64,000 nucleotides of DNA from Rhabdothermincola salaria (GCF_021246445.1 NZ_JAJQXW010000001.1:1816168-1880167); one strand, 5' to 3'. Counted from the first letter of the stretch, positions 1-9,442 are shown. Notes: generated from the sequence alone by a model not told the origin. A program made the numbers and translations.

Positions 1-2
1 CC

Positions 3-2228
3 TTGGCCCTCCTGCGGCTCAAGCTGCTCTTCGACGCCTCCCGGCAGGCCGAACGGCACCTGGCCGGCTACCTCACCCTCCCTCTCACCGGGATGTCCAT
101 GAACCGACCCGACGGGCGGTGGCTGGAGGTCAACGACCGGTTGTGCGCCATCCTCGGTCGCCCTCGCGACGAGATGGTGACCCTGCGGTGGGCCGACCTC
201 ACCCATCCCGACGACATCCCGGCATCGATCCAGGCCCATGATCGGCTCCGTCGGGGCGAGTCCGAGCTCGAGACGCTCGACAAGCGCTACCTGCGGCCCG
301 ACGGGAGCGCGGTGTGGTGCCGGGTGGGGCTCTCCGCCGTACGTGACCGACGCGGACGCCTCGACGCCGTCGTCACCGTGGTGGAGGACGTCGACGAGCG
401 CCACCGCGCCGCCGAGCGGCTGGCCCAGCACATGGCCTTCCAGGACCTCATCACCGAGGTGGCCGAGGAGCTGGTCGCCGTGCCGGCCGACGACCTCGAC
501 ACCACGGTCGAGCGAGCCCTGGCCCGGGTGGGCGGTCGTGCCGGCGCCGAGCACGTCTTCGTCGCCGCCGTCGACACCACCACCGAGCGCCCGCTCGTCT
601 TTCGCTGGGACGACCCCGCGGCCCACGCCGATGCCGAGCTGCTCCCTGATCCGGCCACGGCCTCCCAGGCCGCCCTCCGCGGGCGCAAGGGCCTCGACGC
701 CCTGATCGCCGAGGCCGAGAAGCACGGCTGGCGCTCGCTGGTGGTGCACCCGGTCGCCACCGAACCCCCGGTGGTGGGCCTGGCCGGCCTCGGCACCACG
801 AGCGGGGACCGGACCTGGGACGACGAGACCCTGGAGCTGGTGAACGGCCTGGCCGAGGTCATCGGCCGGGCGCTGGCCCGTCGGGCCTACGAGGTGGAGA
901 TCACCCACCAGGCCCTCCACGACGATCTCACCGGGTTGGCCAACCGGGTGCTGTTCCTCGATCGGCTGGCCACCGCCCTGCGCCAGGCCGAACGCCACCG
1001 CCGCTTCCCCAGCGTGCTCTACGTGGACCTCGACCGCTTCAAGGTGATCAACGACAGCCTCGGCCACGACGTCGGCGACCGCGTGCTGCGGGAGGTGGCC
1101 ACCCGGCTGGAGGCCTCGGTGCGGGCCGGCGACACCGCCGCCCGCCTCGGGGGCGACGAGTTCGCGGTGCTGTGCCTGCGCACCGACGACGACGAGGATC
1201 CCGAGACGGCCGCCGCCGAGATCTCCGGGCGCATCCTCGACGCCGTGGCCCGGCCGGTCGAGGTGGCGGGGCGGACTCTGGCCGTGTCGGCCAGTGTGGG
1301 CGTGGTGCACGCCACCCCCGGGGTCACGGCCGACACCATGCTGCGCGACGCCGACGTGGCCATGTACCGGGCCAAGGCGGCCGGGCGCAACCGCATCGAG
1401 ACCTTCACGTCGGCCATGCACGACGAGGCGGTGGCCCGTCTGGCTCTCGAGTCCGAGCTGCGCCGGGCGCTCGACGACGACCAGCTCGAGCTCCACTACC
1501 AGGTCGTGTACCGCATCGAGGACCGACGCCCGGTGGGCATCGAGGCCCTGGTGCGCTGGCGCCACCCGACGCGGGGTCTGCTGTTCCCCGGTCAGTTCCT
1601 CGAGGTGGCCGCCGACGCCGGCCTCGACGGCGAGCTCGACCGCCAGGTCCTGGCCGAGGCCACCCGCACCGCGGCGACGTGGCACCGAAGGGGGGTCGAG
1701 CTCCCGGTCTGGGTGAACATCAGCCCCGGCTTCGCCGGGCGTCCGGAGTTCGTCGACGGCGTGACGGAGGCGCTCACCGAGGCCGAGCTGCCGGCGACGG
1801 CGCTCGGCATCGAGATCACCGAGCGGGCCCTGATCGGCGATCTCACCCGCCTCACCGCCAGCCTGGGCCGCCTGCGCGCCCTGGGCGTCCACCTGGCCAT
1901 CGACGACTTCGGCACCGGCCTGCTGTCGCTGTCGCTGCTGCGGGACCTCCAGATCGAGGACCTCAAGGTGGACCGTGCGTTCATCGACAGCGTCACGGTC
2001 GGCGAGAACGACGGCGAGGTGGTGCGCAGCGTGGTGTCCCTGGCCCACAGCCTGGGTCTGAGCGTGGTGGCCGAGGGGACCGAGACCAGCGAGCAGCTCG
2101 CCGCCTTGACGGCCGCCGGCTGCGACCGGGCCCAGGGCTACCTGCTGGGCCGGCCGGTGCCCTTCGTCGAGCTCACCCTGGTGCAGCACCTCGAGATCCG
2201 CCCGGGGTCAACCGCACCCCGCGAGTGA
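3..2228 (+). CDS. PAS/GAF/GGDEF/EAL diguanylate cyclase-phosphodiesterase (probably 5'-truncated by window edge)
   Basis: PAS (THPDD..KRYLRPDG), HDDLTGLANR, RxxD I-site (RAGD) 5 aa before GGDEF, IEALVRW, DDFGTG, AEGTET. Confidence 0.93.
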   Translation: MALLRLKLLFDASRQAERHLAGYLTLPLTGMSMNRPDGRWLEVNDRLCAILGRPRDEMVTLRWADLTHPDDIPASIQAHDRLRRGESELETLDKRYLRPDGSAVWCRVGLSAVRDRRGRLDAVVTVVEDVDERHRAAERLAQHMAFQDLITEVAEELVAVPADDLDTTVERALARVGGRAGAEHVFVAAVDTTTERPLVFRWDDPAAHADAELLPDPATASQAALRGRKGLDALIAEAEKHGWRSLVVHPVATEPPVVGLAGLGTTSGDRTWDDETLELVNGLAEVIGRALARRAYEVEITHQALHDDLTGLANRVLFLDRLATALRQAERHRRFPSVLYVDLDRFKVINDSLGHDVGDRVLREVATRLEASVRAGDTAARLGGDEFAVLCLRTDDDEDPETAAAEISGRILDAVARPVEVAGRTLAVSASVGVVHATPGVTADTMLRDADVAMYRAKAAGRNRIETFTSAMHDEAVARLALESELRRALDDDQLELHYQVVYRIEDRRPVGIEALVRWRHPTRGLLFPGQFLEVAADAGLDGELDRQVLAEATRTAATWHRRGVELPVWVNISPGFAGRPEFVDGVTEALTEAELPATALGIEITERALIGDLTRLTASLGRLRALGVHLAIDDFGTGLLSLSLLRDLQIEDLKVDRAFIDSVTVGENDGEVVRSVVSLAHSLGLSVVAEGTETSEQLAALTAAGCDRAQGYLLGRPVPFVELTLVQHLEIRPGSTAPRE

Positions 2229-2999
2229 TTCGGCGATGGCCTCGACCAGCACCTCGTCGCCGGCCGGGCTCGGGTGCACCTGGTCCTCGAGCAGGACCGG
2301 CTCGGAGCCGTCGGCCCGGCGCAGGATGTCGGCCCAGTCCACGACCCGGATCCTCGGGTCGGAGGCGGCGATCCCCCGCCAGGCGGCGTTGAGCGCCTCG
2401 GCCTCGGGCCAGCGCTCGATGCGACCCTCGTCGCGCCGGCGGTCGGTGACGGTGACCAGGTGCAGGCAGCGCGCGTCGGGATAGGCGGCCACGATCTCGG
2501 TGAGGGCGGCCGTCGATTCGTCGAGGGGGCGCAGGGAGGTCACGTCGTTGGTCCCCAGGTTGATCACCACCTGCTCGACGGGGGGTTCGGCGGCCGCCAC
2601 CTCGAGGGCACCGGCCACCTGCTCCCGCGTGGTGTTGCCCGGCACGGCGTGCAGGCGCAGCTCCCACCCGTCACCCAACCGCTCGTCGAACACGGCGGCG
2701 GCGCCGAAGAAGATCGAGTCGCCGATCAGGGCCAACGCCGGACGATCGCCGTCGGCGCCGAGCACGGTGACCGCACCATCGCCCTCCTCGCCCTCCGACG
2801 CGCCGGCCCCGCCCTCTGCGACGACGTCCGCGGCGACGTCGGCGGCCCCGGTCTCGCCCGCCGACGGTTCGGCCTCGTCGTCGCCGCCCACGACGGCGAC
2901 CCCCACCCAGATCACCACCAGCAGCGCCAACGCCCCGAGCAGGGCCAGCACCGGGGTCCGACGCGGTGGAGCGGACTCGGGGGGCGATCCGGGCGACAT
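2208..2999 (-). CDS. Membrane-anchored SGNH/GDSL hydrolase
   Basis: N-terminal TM helix, IGDSI, INLGTND, DQVHP; ATG at 2999 chosen inside the long ORF. Confidence 0.85.
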   Translation of the reverse strand: MSPGSPPESAPPRRTPVLALLGALALLVVIWVGVAVVGGDDEAEPSAGETGAADVAADVVAEGGAGASEGEEGDGAVTVLGADGDRPALALIGDSIFFGAAAVFDERLGDGWELRLHAVPGNTTREQVAGALEVAAAEPPVEQVVINLGTNDVTSLRPLDESTAALTEIVAAYPDARCLHLVTVTDRRRDEGRIERWPEAEALNAAWRGIAASDPRIRVVDWADILRRADGSEPVLLEDQVHPSPAGDEVLVEAIAESLAGCG

Positions 3000-3063
3000 G
3001 ACCCGACCACCGTACCGGCGGCGGCTCGGACCGGGCGGCGACGTCGGTACGATCGGCCCCGCC

Positions 3064-4416
3064 GTGACGCCCCCCGACTCCTCCCCCGCCGACCACGACC
3101 TCCTCTCCCCGCGTCCCTGGCGCACCCGCCTCGCCGTGGCGGTGAGCCGAGCCGTCGCCGGCGCGTCGCGGGCGGTGCACTTCGGTTCCGGATCGGTCAT
3201 CGGGGGGCGGGCCGCACTGGCGGTGGACCCGGCGCTGCTGGCCAACCTCACCGCCCGCCGCCCGGTCGCCCTGGTCAGCGCCACCAACGGCAAGACCACC
3301 ACCACCCGGCTGCTCAGCGCTGCGCTCGGCGTCGACCGACCGGTCGTGTCCAACGCGCTGGGCGCCAACATGACCCCGGGCATCGTCGCCGCCCTCGGTC
3401 CGGCCGACCCTCGGGCCACGGCCGTGCTGGAGGTCGACGAGCGCTGGCTCGAACAGGTCCTGGCCGACACCGGCGCGGCGACCGTGGTGCTGTTGAACCT
3501 GAGCCGCGACCAACTCGACCGCACCCAGGAGGTGCGCAAGCTGGCCGAGCGCTGGCGGCGGGCCCTCACCGCCACCCCGCCCCGGCGGGTCGTGGCCAAC
3601 GCCGACGACCCGCTCGTGACCTGGGCCGCCATGGCCGCCCCCGCCGTGGTGTGGGTGGGCACGGGCCAGGACTGGACGGCCGACGCCGCCGGCTGCCCGG
3701 CCTGCTCGGGCCGCATCGCCTTCGAGCCGGGGTCCTGGCACTGCACCGACTGCGCGCTGGCCCGCCCCGAGCCCGAGGTCACCGTGGCGCTGGCCGACGG
3801 GCCCGACCGCGACGAGGGCCAGGAACCCGCCGGCGGATCGGGTCGGGCGACCGCCATGGTGACCCTCCCCGCCGGCACCGTGCCCGTGCCGCTGGCGCTT
3901 CCCGGCCGGGTCAACCGTGTCAACGCCGCCTTCGCCCTGGCCGCGGCTACCGCCATGGGCGCCGATGCCCACCGGGCGGCGTCGGGGTTGGCGGCCGTCA
4001 CCGAGATCGCCGGGCGGTACCGCGTGGCCGACGTGGGCGGCACGTCGGTGCGCCTGGTCCTGGCCAAGAACCCCGCCGGGTGGCACGAGGCCCTCGACCT
4101 GTTGGCGCCCGCCCCCGCCCCGGTGGTGGTGGCCATCAACGCCCGCATCGCGGACGGCCACGACCCCTCGTGGCTGTGGGACGTGCCCTTCGAGCGCCTG
4201 GCCGGCCGCTTCGTGGTGGCCACCGGCGAACGCCGCCACGACCTGGCCGTGCGCCTGCGCTACGCCGACGTCGATCACCGCGTGGCCACCGACCTCGACG
4301 GCGCCGTCGCCGCCGTGCGGGCCCACACCGCGGCGCCCCTCGAGGGTGTCCTCGACGTGGCCGCCAACTACACCGCCTTCCAAGAGTTCCTCGAGCAGGT
4401 CGGAGGTCCGCGGTGA
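3064..4416 (+). CDS. murT: MurT ligase (lipid II isoglutamine amidation)
   Basis: TNGKTTT P-loop, LEVDE, LNLSRDQLDR, CPAC..CTDC zinc finger, LAKNPAG, DPSWLWD, NYTAF; coupled to gatD. Confidence 0.92.
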   Translation: MTPPDSSPADHDLLSPRPWRTRLAVAVSRAVAGASRAVHFGSGSVIGGRAALAVDPALLANLTARRPVALVSATNGKTTTTRLLSAALGVDRPVVSNALGANMTPGIVAALGPADPRATAVLEVDERWLEQVLADTGAATVVLLNLSRDQLDRTQEVRKLAERWRRALTATPPRRVVANADDPLVTWAAMAAPAVVWVGTGQDWTADAAGCPACSGRIAFEPGSWHCTDCALARPEPEVTVALADGPDRDEGQEPAGGSGRATAMVTLPAGTVPVPLALPGRVNRVNAAFALAAATAMGADAHRAASGLAAVTEIAGRYRVADVGGTSVRLVLAKNPAGWHEALDLLAPAPAPVVVAINARIADGHDPSWLWDVPFERLAGRFVVATGERRHDLAVRLRYADVDHRVATDLDGAVAAVRAHTAAPLEGVLDVAANYTAFQEFLEQVGGPR

Positions 4417-5216
4417 ACGTGGCCGGCTCCTCCTCCCCCTCGGCGGTCCGCGTCGGCGTGCTGTTCCCCGATCTGCTGGGCACCTACGGCGACGGCGGCA
4501 ACGCCACGGTGCTCACCCAGCGCCTGCACTGGCGGGGCATCCCCACCGAGGTCGTCACCGTCGCCGGCGGCGACATCGCCCCGGACTCCTGCGACGTCTA
4601 CCTGGTCGGCGGCGGCGAGGACGGCCCCCAGACCCAGGCCGCCCGGGAGCTGATCGAGAGCCGGGCGCTGCACCGCGCCGTCGATCGCGGTGCGGCCGTG
4701 CTGGCCGTGTGCGCCGGCATGCAGATCCTCGGCCACCGCTTCCCCGACGCCACCGGCGCCGACCGCACCGGCCTGGGCCTGCTCGACTGCGAGACCGTGC
4801 GCGTCGACCGCCCGCGGGCCGTGGGCGAGCTGCTCACCCCCACCGCCGGCGTCACCGGGCCCGACGGCGTCCACCACGACCTCGGGGTGCTCACCGGCTT
4901 CGAGAACCACGCCGGGCGCACCGTGGTCGGCGGCGGGGCGCAACGGCTCGGCGCCGTCGAGGTGGGCGAGGGCAACGGCGACGGCAGCGAAGGGGTGGTC
5001 GTGGGCCGGGTGGTCGGCACCTACCTGCACGGACCGGTGCTGGCCCGCAACCCCCGCCTGGCCGACCTGTTGCTCGGGTGGGTCGTCGGCCCCGACGCCC
5101 TCGGCCCCCTCGACGACCACGAGGTGGAGGCCCTGCGGGCCGACCGGGTGCGCGCCGCCCGGGCCGGCGAGCTGGCCCCCCGCCGCTCCTGGCGCGACCT
5201 GCTGCGCCGTTCCTGA
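4413..5216 (+). CDS. gatD: GatD, CobQ-like glutamine amidotransferase
   Basis: GTYGDGGN, VCAGMQILG, GFENH, TYLHGPVLARNP; GTGA overlap with murT stop. Confidence 0.92.
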   Translation: MNVAGSSSPSAVRVGVLFPDLLGTYGDGGNATVLTQRLHWRGIPTEVVTVAGGDIAPDSCDVYLVGGGEDGPQTQAARELIESRALHRAVDRGAAVLAVCAGMQILGHRFPDATGADRTGLGLLDCETVRVDRPRAVGELLTPTAGVTGPDGVHHDLGVLTGFENHAGRTVVGGGAQRLGAVEVGEGNGDGSEGVVVGRVVGTYLHGPVLARNPRLADLLLGWVVGPDALGPLDDHEVEALRADRVRAARAGELAPRRSWRDLLRRS

Positions 5217-5248
5217 GCTGCGCCGTTCCTGAGCTGCGCCGTTCCTCA
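5201..5248. repeat. 16-bp tandem repeat x3 (gctgcgccgttcctga) across the convergent gatD/prpE stops
   Basis: Copies at 5201-5216, 5217-5232 and 5233-5248 (last ends tca). Confidence 0.9.
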
Positions 5249-7144
5249 GCGCCGCAGCAGGGGCGCCAGCTCGTCGAGGACGGTGGGATCGTCGATGGTG
5301 GAGGGCACGTCGACCTCGCGCCCGTCGGCGAGGGCCCGCATGGTGGCGCGCAGCACCTTGCCCGAGCGGGTCTTGGGCAACCGGGAGACCACGATCACCC
5401 GCTTGAACGAGGCCACCGCCCCGATCTCGTCGCGGACCAGGGCCACCAGCTCGGCCTCGATCCGGGCGGGGTCGACGTCGACGCCGGACTTGAGCACCAC
5501 CAGCCCCAACGGCAGCTGGCCCTTCAACTGGTCGGCCACACCGATCACGGCGCACTCGGCCACCATCGGGTGGGTGGCGAGGGTCTCCTCCATGCCCCCG
5601 GTGGAGAGCCGGTGACCGGCCACGTTGATCACGTCGTCGATGCGTCCCATCACGAAGAGGTAGCCGTCGGCGTCGAGGCGGCCCCCGTCGCCGGTGAGGT
5701 AGTAGCCCGGGAAACGTTCGAGGTACGACGACACGAAGCGGTCGTCGTCCTGCCAGAGGGTGGGGAGGCACCCCGGGGGCAGTGGCAACCGGATCACGAT
5801 GGCACCGTCCGTGCCCGGTGGCACCGGCCGGCCGTCGTCGTCGAGCACCTCCACCGCGTAGCCCGGCACCGCCTTGGTGGGCGACCCCGGCTTCACCGGC
5901 AACGGCTCGACCCCCAACAGCTGCGACGCCACCGCCCACCCCGTCTCGGTCTGCCACCAGTGGTCGATGACCGGCACCCCGAGCAGCTCGCCCGCCCAGG
6001 CCAGCGTGTCGGGGTCGGTGCGCTCGCCGGCGAGGAACAAGGCTCGTAGCCGGCTCAGGTCGTGCCCGCCCAGGTGGGCGCCGGCGGCGTCCTCCTTCTT
6101 GATGGCGCGCAGCGCGGTCGGGGCGGTGAACATCACGTCGACCCGGTGGTCGGCCACCACCCGCCAGAAGGCCCCCGGGTCGGGGGTCCCCACCGGCTTG
6201 CCCTCGTAGAGCACGGTGGTGCACCCCGACAACAGCGGGGCGTACACGATGTAGCTGTGGCCCACGACCCAGCCCACGTCGGACGCCGCCCAGAACGTCT
6301 CCCCCGGCGCCATGCCGTAGACGTGGCTCATGCTCCAGCGCAGCGCCACCGCGTGCCCGCCGTTGTCGCGGACCACCCCCTTGGGCTTGCCGGTGGTGCC
6401 CGAGGTGTAGAGCACGTAGAGGGGGTCGGTGGCGGCGACGGGCACGCACGGGTGGGGTTCGGCGCCGGGCACCACGTCGGCCCAGGCCAGGTCGCGGCCG
6501 GCGAGGAGCGAGGCCTCCACCTCGGGTCGCTGCACGATCACGCAGCGTTCGGGCCCGGCCGAACCGGCCAGGTCGAGCGCCCGGTCGAGCAGCGGCTTGT
6601 ACTCGATCACCCGGCTGCCCTCGATGCCGCAGCTGGCCGACACCACCACCTTGGGGCGGGCATCGGCGATGCGCACCGCCAACTCGTGGGCGGCGAAGCC
6701 ACCGAACACCACCGAGTGCACCGCACCGAGGCGGGCGCAGGCCAGCATGGCCACCACCGCCTCGGGGATCATGGGCATGTAGAGCACGACCCGGTCGCCG
6801 GCGGCGACACCGAGGGCGGCCAGCGCCCCGGCGGCGCGGGCCACCTCGTCGCGCAGCTCGGCGTAGGTGACGTGGCGGATCGTCGCGGTGACGGGGCTGT
6901 CGTAGGTGAGGGCGATCTGGTCGCCGCGCAACCGGTCGACGCCGTCGCCTCCGTCGACCCAACGGTCGAGGGCGTTGAAGCAGGTGTTCAGGCGACCGCC
7001 GACGAACCAGCGGGTGAACGGGGCGTCCGAGGCGTCGAGGACCTGATCGGGAGGGGTGTCCCAGTGGATGGCGGCGGCGGCGTCGCCCCAGAAGCCCTCG
7101 GGGTCGGCCAGGCTGGCGGCGTGGAGCTCGTCGAAGGTTCCCAT
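5246..7144 (-). CDS. prpE: Propionyl-CoA synthetase (AMP-forming acyl-CoA ligase)
   Basis: YTSGTTGKPKG, VVRDNGGH, DHWWQTETG, GRIDDVINVAGHRLSTG, LPKTRSGK. Confidence 0.88.
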   Translation of the reverse strand: MGTFDELHAASLADPEGFWGDAAAAIHWDTPPDQVLDASDAPFTRWFVGGRLNTCFNALDRWVDGGDGVDRLRGDQIALTYDSPVTATIRHVTYAELRDEVARAAGALAALGVAAGDRVVLYMPMIPEAVVAMLACARLGAVHSVVFGGFAAHELAVRIADARPKVVVSASCGIEGSRVIEYKPLLDRALDLAGSAGPERCVIVQRPEVEASLLAGRDLAWADVVPGAEPHPCVPVAATDPLYVLYTSGTTGKPKGVVRDNGGHAVALRWSMSHVYGMAPGETFWAASDVGWVVGHSYIVYAPLLSGCTTVLYEGKPVGTPDPGAFWRVVADHRVDVMFTAPTALRAIKKEDAAGAHLGGHDLSRLRALFLAGERTDPDTLAWAGELLGVPVIDHWWQTETGWAVASQLLGVEPLPVKPGSPTKAVPGYAVEVLDDDGRPVPPGTDGAIVIRLPLPPGCLPTLWQDDDRFVSSYLERFPGYYLTGDGGRLDADGYLFVMGRIDDVINVAGHRLSTGGMEETLATHPMVAECAVIGVADQLKGQLPLGLVVLKSGVDVDPARIEAELVALVRDEIGAVASFKRVIVVSRLPKTRSGKVLRATMRALADGREVDVPSTIDDPTVLDELAPLLRR

Positions 7145-7259
7145 CGGCGCCGACGCTACCGCCGACCCGGCGGGGCGGTGGGGGCTCGATCGGGGCCGAC
7201 ACGGTCACGTCGGCCCGGTGCGGGGCCGGGTGCTGACGACGGGTGGGCGGGGCCCCGGG

Positions 7260-7754
7260 TCAGGCGAACGTGACGCTGGCCAGCACGGCGTTGACCTCGC
7301 GCACCAGCACGTTGCGGAGCCGGTGGCTGCCGATCACCACGTAGAGGCAGAAGGGCCGTCCCTCGGCGACGAAGAAGCGCTGGAGGCCGGCCTGGCCGGC
7401 GATGCCGCGCTGGAGGGTGTCGGGCGAGAAGTCGTCGCCGGCGAACGGCCACGGGATGGCCTGGCCGGCGAAGAGGGCCGTGGCCGCCTCCTCGACCGGG
7501 TGCTCGAGCAGCGAGATGAAGATCGCGCCCGACTCCATGAGCTCGACGGCACCGCCGCCGAAGTCGCCCCGCACCGGCGGCAGCCCGAAGTTGGCCACGT
7601 GGGCGATGGGCGGCACCGACTCGGCTCCGCCGAACGGGGCCAGCGTCTCCGGTGCCCGGGGGTCGGGCAGCGGGTCCGGGTCGCGGCGGTAGATCTGGGC
7701 GTCCCACCCGTTGGGTGGGGCGACGGTGAGGCCGTGGGCGGACAACGTCGGCAT
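7260..7754 (-). CDS. Hypothetical protein (164 aa) downstream of the mau-like cluster
   Basis: Protein-like frame MPTLSAHGL..GRPFCLYVVIGS; CAGACT -10-like hexamer 8 nt before ATG. Confidence 0.75.
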   Translation of the reverse strand: MPTLSAHGLTVAPPNGWDAQIYRRDPDPLPDPRAPETLAPFGGAESVPPIAHVANFGLPPVRGDFGGGAVELMESGAIFISLLEHPVEEAATALFAGQAIPWPFAGDDFSPDTLQRGIAGQAGLQRFFVAEGRPFCLYVVIGSHRLRNVLVREVNAVLASVTFA

Positions 7755-7861
7755 GATCCGCCAGTCTGCCACCGAACGACCCGCCGGCGGGAGGCGGCGC
7801 CGGGGTCCGACGCCGACGCCGGCTGCGCGGGGAGGGGCCGCCCGCGTCGTCTCGGCCGGCC

Positions 7862-8545
7862 TCAGGCCAGGGTGACGGTGGCTCCGACCGCCACCACCAC
7901 GACGGCGAGGTCGCCGACCACGGTGGCCACCCGGGCCCACGAGGCCCGGGCCTGGAGGCGGCGGTGGAAGACCACGAGGGCGTCGGGGTCGTGCACCCCC
8001 CGGGCGGCCAGGATCGCCAGGCCGCGCACCAGACCGAAGGTCAGCCCGATCAGGCCCCCCAGCAGCCACGAACCCGACAGCAGGCAGGTCACGAAGACCA
8101 CGTAGACGAGCCCAGCGGTGACGATGGTGGTGAGTCCGGCACCGAGCTGGAGGCCGAACCCGCCGCCGTAGACCCAGCCCCGGTAGGAGGTCATCCAGTC
8201 CTCGTTGACCTGCCGGCCGTAGCGGGGCAGGGGCAGCCGACCCCCGGAGGCGTCGGCCGCGAGCGCACCGAGCGCCACCACGCCCACGACGACGGCGACG
8301 GCCACCTCTCCGATCCAGGCCACCAGCGGGGTGCCCACCAGGCCCAGGAGCGCGCCGAGCAGGGCGCCGCCGAGCGCCGACCCGAGGATGTGGGCGGTGA
8401 CGGTCAACCACCACCGTTGGGCTCGTCCCCGCTCACCGAGCGGAGTGATGCTCGAGAGCATCGACTCCCCTCAGGGCGACCACGTGGAGCGGATGGCCCC
8501 GATGACGGCCGAGACCAGGCCGACGACGACCAGGGCGACGGGCAC
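7862..8545 (-). CDS. MauF-like (DsbD/CcdA-type) membrane protein, predicted selenoprotein with in-frame TGA at 8471-8473
   Basis: GTG 3 nt after upstream TAG gives MPVALVVVGLVSAVIGAIRSTWSP-(TGA)-GESMLSSITPLGE; MauF motif is STWSPCG; ORF track shows only 7862-8461. Confidence 0.8.
8427..8468 (-). promoter_or_regulatory. Candidate bacterial SECIS hairpins 3' of the in-frame UGA
   Basis: CUCCGCUC[GGU]GAGCGGGG with loop 33 nt after UGA; also GGAGU-C-GAUGCU[CUCG]AGCAUC-ACUCC immediately after UGA. Confidence 0.55.
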
Positions 8546-8548
8546 GGC

Positions 8549-9442
8549 CTACGGCAAGGGCGCGTCGCGGGCGTCGGGCCCGGCGGCGGCGTCGTCGTCG
8601 TCTCCGTCGGCGGGATCGTCGTCGGCGATCAGCTGGCTGGGATAGAGGCTGGGGTGGCCGGGGCCGATGCCGGCGGCGCGCAGGTCGCGGTCGGCCCGGG
8701 CGGTGCGCTCCGGGCCGGTGAGGCGGCCGGCGGGGGCCGAGCGGTGCAGCGACGAGCCGTCCACGTCGTGGCCGGCGTCGGCCGCGGCCTGACCCAGGAG
8801 GTTGGCCACCTGGGCCCAGGTGGCCGCCGCCCCTTCGCCGAGCACGGCTCCCGAGGGGCCGTCGACGAGGATGAAGTAGGGGTTGGCCGGCACGCCGTAC
8901 TCGTCGTACGCCGCACTCGACATGAGGGTGGTGACCCCCGTCGGGGCCAGGCCGGCCACCGCGCTCACGCTCTCGGCCTCGGGACCCTTGGTGACGACCA
9001 CCAGGCGGGTGTCGCGCCCGGGCAGTCGGGTGCCCTCGCCGTCGGCGAAGGCCTGCCAGAAGTCGGCGCAGGTGCCACAGCCGCTCGACAGGAACGCCAA
9101 CAAGGTGGTGTGGTCGGTGCCGACCACCCCCGCCACCGTGGCCGCCCCGTCGGGGGTGACGCCGGCGATGTCGTGGGCGTCGGTGCTCACCACGCCGGTC
9201 TGCGATCGCGGCTCGGGCACCCCGGGTCGGGTGCGGATCTCGACCGGAGAGCGCACCCCTCCCGTGGTGGACCCGGTGCCCGACGGGTCGGTGGGGTCGG
9301 CGCCGTCGGCACTCTCGTCGTAGATGCCGGCCCCGAGCTCGTGGAGGCGGCGCAGGATCTCGGCGTGGCTGCGCAGCAGCCCGACGACGAGCACCGCGAG
9401 GAGGGCCACCACGAGGGCCAACAGCACCACGACGACGGTCAC
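8549..9442 (-). CDS. MauD-like membrane-anchored thioredoxin-fold protein
   Basis: N-terminal TM, LLAFLSSGCGTC (CxxC), YGVPANPYFILVDG cis-Pro region; GTGA overlap with upstream stop. Confidence 0.82.
   Translation of the reverse strand: MTVVVVLLALVVALLAVLVVGLLRSHAEILRRLHELGAGIYDESADGADPTDPSGTGSTTGGVRSPVEIRTRPGVPEPRSQTGVVSTDAHDIAGVTPDGAATVAGVVGTDHTTLLAFLSSGCGTCADFWQAFADGEGTRLPGRDTRLVVVTKGPEAESVSAVAGLAPTGVTTLMSSAAYDEYGVPANPYFILVDGPSGAVLGEGAAATWAQVANLLGQAAADAGHDVDGSSLHRSAPAGRLTGPERTARADRDLRAAGIGPGHPSLYPSQLIADDDPADGDDDDAAAGPDARDAPLP

Noticed and set aside
7862..8461. Short mauF-like model starting at ATG 8461
   Set aside because: It drops TM1 and the STWSP(C/U)G motif, and its SD/AUG sit in a stem; kept only as a fallback
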